Source: a virus. Taken from it: a stretch of DNA of 59,031 nt. Under the pieces are notes generated by a model. It was not told where the DNA came from. It did no database searches and saw only the letters and a program-made list of their open reading frames with translations. Below are positions 28,204 through 35,714 of this stretch, in pieces (positions within the stretch are counted from its first letter, which is position 1; the number at the start of each line of letters is the position of its first letter). Both the position numbers and the translations under genes were made by a program. The stretch lies in IMG/VR virus record IMGVR_UViG_3300016474_000052, positions 1 through 59,031 of that record. One strand, 5' to 3'.

Positions 28204-29451
28204 ATGGTCGATCTTGAAAAGCTTAACGAGTCCCAGCGACGCATAGCCGATAAGGTCATCAAGGCCGCTGAGCAAGAGGGCGTTGATCCCCAACTAGCCC
28301 TTGCCGTTGCCCAAGTCGAGTCTGGCTTCTCCCAGGCTGCAAAGAGCCCTGCCGGAGCCATTGGCGTCATGCAGCTTATGCCTGCCACCGCTAAGGGTTT
28401 AGGCGTTAATCCAAAGAAGATGGACGACAACATCCGCGGCGGGGTCATGTACCTCAAGGAAATGCTCGACTTTACTGGTGGCGATGTCCGAAAGGCTTTG
28501 GTCGGTTATAACGGCGGGCCAAAGCTTGCCAAGATGGACAACCCGCCCAACATGGATTATGCCGATCAAGTCAATTCGGTTTATCCATTTGACGCTGTTG
28601 GCCAAGCAAGAAGACTTAAGCAGCAGCTTGAAGGCGGTGCTACCGCGCAGCCAAGCCAAGAGGGCGAACCGCCCGAAAGCGAAGCAGTTGCTGAAGCAAG
28701 AAGGCTTGCTCAGCAGATCGATCAAATGCAGATCAATCAGCCCGATGATCCTGCCATTGGCCGTGCCATGTCTGCAGCCGCTGGAGCCCCTGCTGGAGCC
28801 CTTTTAAGCGGGATTGGAGCCGATGTTAAGCGTGGTATGCAGCAAAGGCGCTTTGATGCCTTCCAAGAGGCTCAGAAGGCCGCTAGGGACCAGAACCTCG
28901 CAAGGGTTGCTGACGGCATGACTTCTGGCGCAAAGTGGGGTAGCAAAGTCACAGGCTATGTAAAGCCTGGGGTCGAGACCGTCTCTGAGGCAGCTACCGA
29001 TTATCGAAGGGCTATGCCTCAAGGCAAGATCTCAGGAAGGATGGCCAAGCTTTACGGGATTCCAGGCCCTGATGAACCTGCACAGCTTTCCCAACGTCTT
29101 ATTGATCGCGCTAAGAACGCACCCGTCATGGGAGAGCCCCGCCAAGGCTTGCCTGTAGAGCGTGCAGCGCGTCCTAGCGGCAGGATGGCAGGAATGCTTA
29201 AAGGTACTGCGATGGGCGCTCTAGGCGGCGCAGGCGCAGGCTATTCGGCCTATGACGCCTATGACCGTTACATGCAGGGCGATTACCCTGGCGCAGCTTT
29301 AAGTGCGATCGGCGCCTTAGGTGGTGCTGCAAGCCTTATTCCGACACCGGTAACCCGCGGGGTTGGACTTGCAACAACTGCAGCAGTCCCAGCCTTAACC
29401 GAGCTATACGACCGCTATAGGCCTCAGCGGACGATTACGTTGCCCGAATAA
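28204..29451 (+). CDS. internal virion protein with N-terminal lytic transglycosylase (SLT) domain
   Basis: LALAVAQVESGFSQAAKSPAGAIGVMQLMPATAKGLG..GGVMYLKEM is the canonical SLT motif set with the catalytic Glu in ES. Gly/Ala-rich hydrophobic C-terminus. Confidence 0.85.
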   Translation: MVDLEKLNESQRRIADKVIKAAEQEGVDPQLALAVAQVESGFSQAAKSPAGAIGVMQLMPATAKGLGVNPKKMDDNIRGGVMYLKEMLDFTGGDVRKALVGYNGGPKLAKMDNPPNMDYADQVNSVYPFDAVGQARRLKQQLEGGATAQPSQEGEPPESEAVAEARRLAQQIDQMQINQPDDPAIGRAMSAAAGAPAGALLSGIGADVKRGMQQRRFDAFQEAQKAARDQNLARVADGMTSGAKWGSKVTGYVKPGVETVSEAATDYRRAMPQGKISGRMAKLYGIPGPDEPAQLSQRLIDRAKNAPVMGEPRQGLPVERAARPSGRMAGMLKGTAMGALGGAGAGYSAYDAYDRYMQGDYPGAALSAIGALGGAASLIPTPVTRGVGLATTAAVPALTELYDRYRPQRTITLPE

Positions 29452-30232
29452 AGTATTGGGCCCTTTTGGACTTTTCCTCCGGAGCGGATGTAAGCATAAG
29501 CTCCGGGGTTCCAAGGCTCCTTGCCATCTTGAAGAACAGGCTCTCCGGGTTGTTGGAATAAGCCTCGCCTGCTATGGCGATCGTCATGAAGTCAATGATG
29601 GCTTTTGAGTTGCGGTCATAAAAGTTCTCTGGCTTTGTTTTGTGGACTGGCCGATGTCCTTCTATGCCCGCGCATGAGATTGTCGATTCTGGGCTGATTT
29701 CGGCCCATTGCTGGGCAAGTCTTGTGTCATCGGTTATGACATGGGCATCACCCGATTCGCCGTAAAGATCAAACAAGCTTGATCCTTCGTTGTATCGATC
29801 GGTCCCTCGCAAATGCACGACCACGTCATGCTTTTTGACTTTGCCTGCAATTTCAAAACTGACCCGTAGGTGCCTTGCAAGCAGTGGCATGTTCCAAACC
29901 CTGAAGCCAATACCAGAGTGTACGATCACGTCATAAGTGCTTGGCGAAAGCTTTTCCTCCTTGATGTCGTATACCCAATCGCCCAAGCTATTTTGGCCCA
30001 AAGCCTCCCAGATGGGGGGCCATACTGACTTGCCGATGAGCGATATTTTTTCATCCGTATACGGGACATCTACGAGATGGAAGTAAGAGCAAAACCGGCC
30101 GTTCCATACATTGTCGAGCCAGTTAACCTTGAGTATTCGATTGTGCTTGAGCGCGAAATCCAAGCAGTAAGACAGGCATTGCAGGCGGTCGCCTAGCCCC
30201 TCATACCCGTTGCTGATAACGTACTTTTCCAT
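29435..30232 (-). CDS. putative glycosyltransferase (fucosyltransferase-like GT-B; GT11/GT23/POFUT-type motifs)
   Basis: 265 aa. Three motifs in the expected order: N-terminal GLGDRLQCL..A..HNRIL, central VVVHLRGTDRY (the HxRxxD motif), C-terminal IDFMTIAIAGEAYSNNPESLFF. Last gene of the - strand block, overlapping the 3' end of 28204..29451 by 17 nt. Confidence 0.45.
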   Translation of the reverse strand: MEKYVISNGYEGLGDRLQCLSYCLDFALKHNRILKVNWLDNVWNGRFCSYFHLVDVPYTDEKISLIGKSVWPPIWEALGQNSLGDWVYDIKEEKLSPSTYDVIVHSGIGFRVWNMPLLARHLRVSFEIAGKVKKHDVVVHLRGTDRYNEGSSLFDLYGESGDAHVITDDTRLAQQWAEISPESTISCAGIEGHRPVHKTKPENFYDRNSKAIIDFMTIAIAGEAYSNNPESLFFKMARSLGTPELMLTSAPEEKSKRAQYFIRAT

Positions 30233-30485
30233 AATGCTTCCTGCACTCCTTACAGTGTGCTAAATAGCCTGGGCGGCCGGATCGCTTGTAGAACTCCTTG
30301 ATGGGTTTGACGGCATGGCACTTTGTGCAGCGCTTATTGCCCTCGAGTACCCAGTCCTTGCGCGTGAAGAGTCGATCGGTATCCCAGCCTGCATTGACCC
30401 TGTACTCAATCGTTGTCCTGGGAACGCCGGTCAATAAAGACCACTCCCTCGATGATCGGGTGAACATCCCGACAGTAATCATCAT
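30201..30485 (-). CDS. small DNA-binding-type protein (HTH-like N-terminus plus CxxC..CxxC zinc ribbon)
   Basis: 94 aa. WSLLTGVPRTTIEYRVNAGW, then KRCTKCHAVKPIKEFYKRSGRPGYLAHCKECRKH. The ribbon is paralogous to the N-terminus of the HNH protein at 34333..34776. Confidence 0.55.
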   Translation of the reverse strand: MMITVGMFTRSSREWSLLTGVPRTTIEYRVNAGWDTDRLFTRKDWVLEGNKRCTKCHAVKPIKEFYKRSGRPGYLAHCKECRKHYGKVRYQQRV

Positions 30486-30637
30486 TTGGCTTTCTCTTTC
30501 TGTTTTTGCAATCGAAGTTCAAGCACGACCAGGGCAAGCTTGCGTAGTGCGTAGTCCACGTCAGTGTTCTTTTGCACGGCAAGCTTGGCTTCCTGGTATG
30601 CCTTTGTGATCTCAGGGAAAGGGTCGTAATCCTTCAA
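30482..30637 (-). CDS. possible small ORF (51 aa, TTG start)
   Basis: LKDYDPFPEITKAYQEAKLAVQKNTDVDYALRKLALVVLELRLQKQKEKAK. TTGA overlap upstream and ATGA overlap downstream. Fills an otherwise empty 150-nt gap. Confidence 0.35.
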   Translation of the reverse strand: MKDYDPFPEITKAYQEAKLAVQKNTDVDYALRKLALVVLELRLQKQKEKAK

Positions 30638-30897
30638 TTGGCAAACCTTGAGACCCGATCCGTGATGTAGTCCTGAATAATGTGATCAAGCTCCATCGGA
30701 TGATCGGGCTGAAGCTTTTCGATGCGGTCTTTTAGCTCGGTCTTCTCGATGATCGCCATTTGAAGGGCGAAGTACATTACTTCGATCTGCCTCAGCCTCC
30801 AGAGTTCTGCTTTCGCTACTCTGTCGATCGCTTCTCTGCCGCTCGAACCACGCACCCGTCGCGTTTTCTTCGCGGAATTTTGTCCATTTGTTGACAT
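30634..30897 (-). CDS. hypothetical protein (start moved to MSTNGQ..)
   Basis: The C-terminal 87 aa of ORF 30634..30993 look protein-like (..AKAELWRLRQIEVMYFALQMAIIEKTELKDRIEKL..). The N-terminal extension overlaps another frame and looks non-coding. Confidence 0.45.
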   Translation of the reverse strand: MSTNGQNSAKKTRRVRGSSGREAIDRVAKAELWRLRQIEVMYFALQMAIIEKTELKDRIEKLQPDHPMELDHIIQDYITDRVSRFAN

Positions 30898-31030
30898 AGT
30901 ATGGGTCCTCCGATGGTGGGGTGAAGTTCGGTGAAACAAGAGGCTCGGTTCGGTTAGGGTCGTGAGGCTGGGGGAACTTGCGCCAGCGATCAATCACGTT
31001 CGGTCTTGAGTCGTAGATGCGCTCATCCAT
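30686..31030 (-). CDS. hypothetical protein; 3' two-thirds overlaps 30634..30897 in another frame
   Basis: MDERIYDSRPNVIDRWRKFPQPHDP.. starts with an ATGGATGA overlap to the upstream gene. The distal part is Arg/Ser-rich and looks out of frame. True end is uncertain. Confidence 0.4.
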   Translation of the reverse strand: MDERIYDSRPNVIDRWRKFPQPHDPNRTEPLVSPNFTPPSEDPYYVNKWTKFREENATGAWFERQRSDRQSSESRTLEAEADRSNVLRPSNGDHREDRAKRPHRKASARSSDGA

Positions 31031-31181
31031 GATTTTCCCAGGGCTTTCCAAAGGTTTCCATGGCCACCTTCTGTAGCGCGTCGATGAACTCGTTGACCTC
31101 GTCCCAGTCTTTGAGGAATTGGACCGGGAAGGACTCGATCTCGATGATTACATGCTTGCTATTAGAGTTGATCTGGATCAT
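31023..31181 (-). CDS. small hypothetical protein (52 aa)
   Basis: MIQINSNSKHVIIEIESFPVQFLKDWDEVNEFIDALQKVAMETFGKPWENHG. The longer track ORF start is rejected because it overlaps 31162..31353. Confidence 0.5.
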   Translation of the reverse strand: MIQINSNSKHVIIEIESFPVQFLKDWDEVNEFIDALQKVAMETFGKPWENHG

Positions 31182-31353
31182 GTTCCACCATAAATTTTGC
31201 GTAAGAGAAACAAACCTCGGCAAGGTCCTTGCGGCTCTCGATCGGGGTTCCATCGGGCTTGTTGTAGTTTGAAATGCCACCGGCAAGCAACCCCTGGAGG
31301 GCTGCTGCAGCAAACAAATCGAATCGGTCAGTAGGGGGCTTCTTCGTACTCAT
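31162..31353 (-). CDS. small hypothetical protein
   Basis: 63-aa ORF packed in the early - strand array. Confidence 0.5.
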   Translation of the reverse strand: MSTKKPPTDRFDLFAAAALQGLLAGGISNYNKPDGTPIESRKDLAEVCFSYAKFMVEHDPDQL

Positions 31354-31537
31354 CTAAGTTCCTTTTTGGTTGGTAAGCTCGTTTAACCTGGGACTGGTGG
31401 ACGTAAACCCACTCGGGAAACGGCCACTCGTTTTCGTTGATCAATCGGACTGCGCAGGTCCCGTCGGGGTGAAGATGTTCAAGGATGCCAAGCTTCTTAC
31501 CGACACGCACGCGAAGGCCGGGGTTCATTTCTCCCAT
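31328..31537 (-). CDS. small hypothetical protein
   Basis: 69-aa ORF; GLRVRVGKKLGILEHLHPDGTCAVRL looks like a small beta-barrel. Confidence 0.5.
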   Translation of the reverse strand: MGEMNPGLRVRVGKKLGILEHLHPDGTCAVRLINENEWPFPEWVYVHQSQVKRAYQPKRNLDEYEEAPY

Positions 31538-31545
31538 GATCCCTC

Positions 31546-31902
31546 CTATGCACAGCGAAGAATTTCAATATTGGACTCAATGATGCAGGTCTTGTAGGAC
31601 CCTTTTCCCCACTGTGCCGTAGCCCATGAAGTGAGCGCCCCTTGAAGGCTTTTGGGGGCAAACTCACCTGACTCAATAACTACAACATCACCGACCTGCA
31701 TGTTTTTTATTAAAGGATGGTAGTAACGAAACATCGTTCCCGGCGGATGTGCATAGTTTTTGTTTGTCTTTTTAGGGTTGGAAACAGTCAACGTACCAAA
31801 TTCATTCCCATCCAGGTCAATAATTTTGTACTTAACGCCTGACGCATCAAGCAGCTTGATGGCTTGCTGAATCGTGCGCTTTACGATCTCTGGCATGCTC
31901 AT
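31546..31902 (-). CDS. hypothetical early protein
   Basis: 118-aa ORF with an ATGA overlap to the upstream gene. No motif recognised. Confidence 0.55.
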   Translation of the reverse strand: MSMPEIVKRTIQQAIKLLDASGVKYKIIDLDGNEFGTLTVSNPKKTNKNYAHPPGTMFRYYHPLIKNMQVGDVVVIESGEFAPKSLQGALTSWATAQWGKGSYKTCIIESNIEILRCA

Positions 31903-32099
31903 GTCTTTATCTCCTTAACCGACACCTTTGTTTCGGGGTCCATCTCAAGTTGGGTAAGCAGGTCCCGAATGGCCTGGAGCTTTGTCCGCCCCCAGCCGAT
32001 CCGATCGCCCTGCTGGTAGCCTTCTTGGACAGCACGCCAGTCATACGAGCGCGTGTCCAGGGGATTTGGGTCATGCCGCACTTGGATTTTCATTCTCAC
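31899..32099 (-). CDS. small hypothetical protein
   Basis: 66-aa ORF in the early array. Confidence 0.5.
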   Translation of the reverse strand: MRMKIQVRHDPNPLDTRSYDWRAVQEGYQQGDRIGWGRTKLQAIRDLLTQLEMDPETKVSVKEIKT

Positions 32100-32343
32100 T
32101 CCTTACGACGTCGATGTTGTCGCCGAATACCACGATTCGGACCCGTTCGCCATTCTCGGCAATGAAGGTGATGTCCATCGTTTGGCAGGCTGCTTTCTCA
32201 AGTAGCTCGGGCTCCGAAATGATGACCGACACAATGTTATGTACCGACATCGACGTGTACATTGCCCGTGGTTCGCGCTTTTTGCTTTGGGTGTTGCCGA
32301 AGAAACGGCTTATGACGTTATCCATTGCTTGAAACTCTTCCAT
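32071..32343 (-). CDS. hypothetical early protein
   Basis: 90-aa ORF preceded by AATCAGGAGAACAAC-ATG. Nearly the same 14-nt initiation context occurs at 32640. Confidence 0.55.
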   Translation of the reverse strand: MEEFQAMDNVISRFFGNTQSKKREPRAMYTSMSVHNIVSVIISEPELLEKAACQTMDITFIAENGERVRIVVFGDNIDVVRSENENPSAA

Positions 32344-32358
32344 GTTGTTCTCCTGATT

Positions 32359-32374
32359 GGGGGCCGAAGCCCCC
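32359..32374 (-). other. GC-stem UUCG-tetraloop hairpin (GGGGGCUUCGGCCCCC on the - strand transcript)
   Basis: Perfect 6-bp G/C stem plus UUCG loop in the 36-nt spacer between two early genes. Same core as the hairpins at 56680 and 57681. Confidence 0.7.
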
Positions 32375-32379
32375 GGTTA

Positions 32380-32640
32380 TTAAGCTGTTAAACGTGCTTC
32401 CATGCAGTCACGGACGGTGGCGAGGCGCCCGTTGTTGATGCTGTACTCAATCTGCTCAAGGTCCGGGTAAAAACAGCAAGTTGAATCCCAGACGTTTGAG
32501 CAAAGCCGCTTGCCCTCAAACCACATAAGCGTGACCGTAAAGTCTTCGATCTCGGCGATCGTGTAGACCTGAGCATCAGTGTGTTTGTTGAGCACGACCA
32601 GTTGGCCGATATGCAGGGATTTTTGCGCGATTCTTTTCAT
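32380..32640 (-). CDS. hypothetical early protein (start at MKRIAQK..)
   Basis: 86 aa with a strong RBS context, AATCAGGAGAACAAT-ATG. The longer track ORF overlaps 32654..32947. Confidence 0.55.
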   Translation of the reverse strand: MKRIAQKSLHIGQLVVLNKHTDAQVYTIAEIEDFTVTLMWFEGKRLCSNVWDSTCCFYPDLEQIEYSINNGRLATVRDCMEARLTA

Positions 32641-32653
32641 ATTGTTCTCCTGA

Positions 32654-32947
32654 TTAGCGGCTGGTAACTTTGACCGAAAACACGGCGGTCGTCTTGGTGA
32701 AGTGCTCGTAAACCTCGGCACCGAAAGCTTTTACGAAGGCTGCCTTGTCAAACACCGAGCGGTCAGACTCGATGTAGGTTGCCTTGAAGAGCGAACCCTC
32801 GATCGACTTAGCGCCACCTGCCGAGGCTGAATCCTTGATTGCGTCCTTGATTGCATCGGCTTGCTTTTGCAGGTCGGCGATCTGAGCCAAGAGGGCGCCA
32901 AGGGTGTCGACTGATGCTGCTTCGATTACTGCTGCTTCTGTTTTCAT
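32654..32947 (-). CDS. hypothetical early protein
   Basis: 97-aa ORF, first gene after the internal promoter/terminator. RBS GGAGAAACAG-ATG. Confidence 0.6.
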   Translation of the reverse strand: MKTEAAVIEAASVDTLGALLAQIADLQKQADAIKDAIKDSASAGGAKSIEGSLFKATYIESDRSVFDKAAFVKAFGAEVYEHFTKTTAVFSVKVTSR

Positions 32948-32986
32948 CTGTTTCTCCGGTTTCTCACTGCACGTCGCAGTAGGTGT

Positions 32987-33015
32987 ATTTGACTCCTTAT
33001 TTATCCACCTGTCAA
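32987..33015 (-). promoter_or_regulatory. sigma70-like promoter on - strand (TTGACA-N17-TCAAAT)
   Basis: Perfect -35 (33015-33010), 17-nt spacer, 4/6 -10 (32992-32987). Lies directly downstream of a terminator and upstream of 32947. Confidence 0.45.
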
Positions 33016-33018
33016 ATG

Positions 33019-33038
33019 AAAAAGGGGCATAAGCCCCT
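33019..33038 (-). terminator. Rho-independent terminator on - strand
   Basis: AGGGGC-UUAU-GCCCCU hairpin followed by U5 on the - strand, 28 nt after the exonuclease stop. Confidence 0.65.
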
Positions 33039-33065
33039 AAAACAACTGCCGTCTGTCAGCCCACT

Positions 33066-33821
33066 TTAACCGCCTGTCTTGCTCTTCACTTTCCAGAAGG
33101 CCAGCAGGGCAGAGAACATCTCCCAACCTCGCTGAATATCCTTCGGTTCATGCTCAAGCACAATGACTGGATAAGGGTCGATCACTGAGACAAACACGTT
33201 TGCGCACCGAGGCGGAGAGATCTTGAGCCCTACCGCATAAGCCGCTAACTGCATGTAATGGTCATCAAACAGCGCCACCTTATCGCCTGGGGCAAATTCT
33301 TTGGTCTTGATGTCGATAACCGTGTCATGGCAGTGCAGATCAACCTTCCCGCCATAGCCATGAGGGGCAGCGAATGAGGCCTCAGAGATCCACGTCCGGT
33401 CCCCAAAATGCTTGTCTATGGCGTTAACAGCCTTTCGGACGTATGGCACGTTGATCTTCGTTGTATCGCCCTCGTAATAGGCCTGTATCTCAGCGTGAAT
33501 GGCTGTTCCGCGGTCGGCTGCATCCCTGGTTTGCTTGCGGGAGTCCTCGAGCACTCGCTTGGCATAGTCCTCAAGACTCTCGTCTTCGCCCTTGGGAAGG
33601 GTAAGAGACGCTAAAAGCAGTTGCTGTTGCTTCCAGGCCTCCAACCCAGGCTTTGCAGCCATTGACATGACTGTCGTGACCGAAGGCAGCAGATCAAACT
33701 TCTTGGCGTCTCGGAGGGTCGTGTTGCGTACCTTGCCGTTACTGCCGACAATTGTGTACGCAGGCTTCCCCTCCTTGTCGTACCAGTGGCCAGACTCGGC
33801 CGTCTTGGTATTGATGATCAT
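33066..33821 (-). CDS. PD-(D/E)XK recombination exonuclease (Cas4/RecB/lambda-Exo-like)
   Basis: ..DRGTAIHAEIQ..GKVDLHCHDTVIDIKTK..YMQLAAYA fits the D..(D/E)xK plus QxxxY nuclease motifs. Start moved to the ATGA-coupled ATG at 33821. Confidence 0.65.
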   Translation of the reverse strand: MIINTKTAESGHWYDKEGKPAYTIVGSNGKVRNTTLRDAKKFDLLPSVTTVMSMAAKPGLEAWKQQQLLLASLTLPKGEDESLEDYAKRVLEDSRKQTRDAADRGTAIHAEIQAYYEGDTTKINVPYVRKAVNAIDKHFGDRTWISEASFAAPHGYGGKVDLHCHDTVIDIKTKEFAPGDKVALFDDHYMQLAAYAVGLKISPPRCANVFVSVIDPYPVIVLEHEPKDIQRGWEMFSALLAFWKVKSKTGG

Positions 33822-34111
33822 AGCTTTTGCGACAGACTGACGGCCCAAATCTCAAAGCCATTGTCTTTCAAGAAATTACGAAAATGTTCGCCGATCTTCG
33901 TAACCAGGAATTGATCGCCGCCTGGGGCCTTCAGCATATAAGCCACGGGCTCCTCCTTTTTTTTCGCAGCCAAGTTTTGGACCTGCTTGAACAAGTCGTA
34001 GGGAATGGTCGTCTTAGACTCTTTCATCCTCCGGTATTCGGCCCAGCGCTTTTTAGCGCCTTCCCTGATCCTGGCCTTTGACTCTTCGCTCATGGGTTTG
34101 CGCTTTTTCAT
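33818..34111 (-). CDS. hypothetical protein with NUMOD3-like N-terminal motif
   Basis: 97 aa. SEESKARIREGAKKRWAEYR resembles the NUMOD3 DNA-binding motif. ATGA-coupled at both ends. Confidence 0.5.
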   Translation of the reverse strand: MKKRKPMSEESKARIREGAKKRWAEYRRMKESKTTIPYDLFKQVQNLAAKKKEEPVAYMLKAPGGDQFLVTKIGEHFRNFLKDNGFEIWAVSLSQKL

Positions 34112-34329
34112 GACCGCACCTCAATCCAAAAACGTGACCAGAGAGGCGTGATCTTCGGGACAAACCCGTTGACCACAAGCTCTTCGGCGCTTGTCTCAAT
34201 ATTTCCTGGAAGGACGTAAACGCCCTCTTTTTTCCAGGACGGTACGGCCATCACGTTCTCCCGATGGTAAGTGGGCATGAGGTAGCGCTCAGCCATTCGG
34301 CTATCTGCAGGAACAATTTTGTTTTCCAT
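34108..34329 (-). CDS. small hypothetical protein
   Basis: 73-aa ORF in the early array. Confidence 0.5.
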   Translation of the reverse strand: MENKIVPADSRMAERYLMPTYHRENVMAVPSWKKEGVYVLPGNIETSAEELVVNGFVPKITPLWSRFWIEVRS

Positions 34330-34332
34330 GTG

Positions 34333-34776
34333 TTACTCCTCTAAAAGTTTGAGTTCTTTATGTCTTTGCTTATGGCATGGCTGACAAAGCCACATCACTT
34401 GCAGCTTAAAGTCGTAATCATCGTGATGGGCAACCGACTTCTCGGCGCCGCATCGTTCGCAAGGCATGCGTTTAAGCTTTCCAGATTTAATTGCCCTTGC
34501 AACCGCGTTATGAGCGGCCGATCGACGCCTGTCTTGTTGTCTCCAGATCTTTGTGATTTCAATGGTTGCATCGATTCGCTCCTGTCTTTTTCCTCGGTTC
34601 CGGTCGTATTCACGCACCTTGTCAAGGTTATCTTCGCGGTGCTTGGCTACATCATTTTTGGTACACGCCTTGCACTTATTTAGGTGACCATCGGCCATTG
34701 CGGAATGCCTGTAAAACTCTTGCAATGGCTTTATGTCGTTGCACTTAAAACACCTTTTAGAACCGTCCATGCTCAA
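34333..34776 (-). CDS. HNH endonuclease with N-terminal zinc ribbon
   Basis: CERCGAEKSVAHHDDYDFKLQVMWLCQPCHKQRHK is a typical HNH/zinc core. N-terminal KRCFKCNDIKPLQEFY..GHLNKCKACTK ribbon. Confidence 0.8.
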   Translation of the reverse strand: MSMDGSKRCFKCNDIKPLQEFYRHSAMADGHLNKCKACTKNDVAKHREDNLDKVREYDRNRGKRQERIDATIEITKIWRQQDRRRSAAHNAVARAIKSGKLKRMPCERCGAEKSVAHHDDYDFKLQVMWLCQPCHKQRHKELKLLEE

Positions 34777-34814
34777 TCTCCTGTGCTTGTAGACTGAGCC
34801 ATTATAGGCCGGTT

Positions 34815-35450
34815 CTAATTAAAAGGGATGTCGTCGTCAGCATCATCAAGTGACGTAGCCTGCTTGGCAGGAAGCTCATGCAAGGCGGACCACTCAGGCG
34901 AGGCCTTAATAACGTCCTGGAGGCCTTTGCCGAAGCTGTTGAAGAGATCCATCATGTCGGGCTCAAACTGGTCCATTGAGAAGATTCCAAGGGCGTTATG
35001 GCCAGCAGGCAGGACCTTCCTGAGAGCCGGTGGCAGCGGCATGACGGCTGCGACGTTCGAGTAGGTCTTGCCGTCTCGAGACTCTTGGGTGATGTTGATC
35101 ATGCCCCACTGACCAAGCAGCGACTTGATAGCAAAGCCATTCAGTTCGGCGTCGCTAAAAGGCTTGCCCCTCCAGGACTCAAGAAAGGCCCGTAGAGCGG
35201 CTTTTTCGGACAGGCTGGCAGTAAACCGCTTGCTGGCCATCATAGGCCTGCCATCGTCCGTTAAAAGGGGTTTGCCAGTATCGTCCTCGCCATGGATTTC
35301 CCAGGACAGCAGGACCTTGCGCTGGTGTTTGATTTTGCCCTGCCAAGTCGTTTCTTGCGTACCGAGATCAATGACACGGTAGCAGCGCCCCATGTAGACG
35401 CCTGGAGGGGTGGGTGTAAAACCGGTGTTAACTTCAGCTTTGAGTAGCAT
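34815..35450 (-). CDS. ssDNA-binding-type protein with SSB-like acidic tail
   Basis: C-terminus ..LDDADDDIPFN mirrors the bacterial SSB DDDIPF tip. Start set at ATG 35450 (RBS AAAGGAAAGAG). The track's 35588 start is probably an over-extension. Confidence 0.55.
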   Translation of the reverse strand: MLLKAEVNTGFTPTPPGVYMGRCYRVIDLGTQETTWQGKIKHQRKVLLSWEIHGEDDTGKPLLTDDGRPMMASKRFTASLSEKAALRAFLESWRGKPFSDAELNGFAIKSLLGQWGMINITQESRDGKTYSNVAAVMPLPPALRKVLPAGHNALGIFSMDQFEPDMMDLFNSFGKGLQDVIKASPEWSALHELPAKQATSLDDADDDIPFN

Positions 35451-35595
35451 CTCTTTCCTTTCGTAGTCCAAGTTCGTAACGCAAAACAGCCCAGTCTTCT
35501 TCATCTGCAAGACCTGCTCGGGCACGTTCGTAAGCGTCTTCCAATCGTTGCTCACGTTCTTCCATTTGCTGCTGGTACCAAAAATCATCTTCCAT
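35434..35595 (-). CDS. small acidic protein (53 aa), first gene of the leftward early operon; missed by the ORF track
   Basis: Strong RBS AAAGGAGAAACG-ATG. Translates to MEDDFWYQQQMEEREQRLEDAYERARAGLADEEDWAVLRYELGLRKERDATQS. Its stop overlaps the start region of the SSB-like gene. Confidence 0.5.
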   Translation of the reverse strand: MEDDFWYQQQMEEREQRLEDAYERARAGLADEEDWAVLRYELGLRKERDATQS

Positions 35596-35633
35596 CGTTT
35601 CTCCTTTTCTCACGGCAAAGCGCCGTACCGAAG

Positions 35634-35662
35634 ATGTTAGATATATCGAACACCCTTGTCAA
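35634..35662 (-). promoter_or_regulatory. sigma70-like leftward early promoter (TTGACA-N17-TAACAT)
   Basis: Perfect -35 at 35662-35657, 17-nt spacer, 4/6 -10 at 35639-35634. About 40 nt upstream of the 35595 start. Confidence 0.5.
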
Positions 35663-35679
35663 GCACGCTCCATAGGTAT

Positions 35680-35708
35680 TTGCGCAAACACTTGCGTTCG
35701 GTTAATCT
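35680..35708 (+). promoter_or_regulatory. sigma70-like rightward promoter (TTGCGC-N17-TAATCT) giving a probably leaderless Cro-like mRNA
   Basis: The -10 ends 6 nt before ATG 35715 and there is no SD sequence. The -35 overlaps the perfect palindrome TTTGCGCAAA (35679-35688). Confidence 0.45.
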
Positions 35709-35714
35709 AACACC

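Noticed and set aside
30634-30993. N-terminal 32 codons of the 119-aa - strand ORF
   Set aside because: The segment MIAGASSPSLTTLTEPSLLFHRTSPHHRRTHT looks like off-frame sequence of the overlapping gene. The start was moved to MSTNGQ (30897).
34815-35588. Full 257-aa version of the SSB-like ORF
   Set aside because: The first about 46 codons overlap a better-supported 53-aa ORF with a strong RBS. An internal ATG at 35450 has its own RBS. The longer form is kept only as an alternative.
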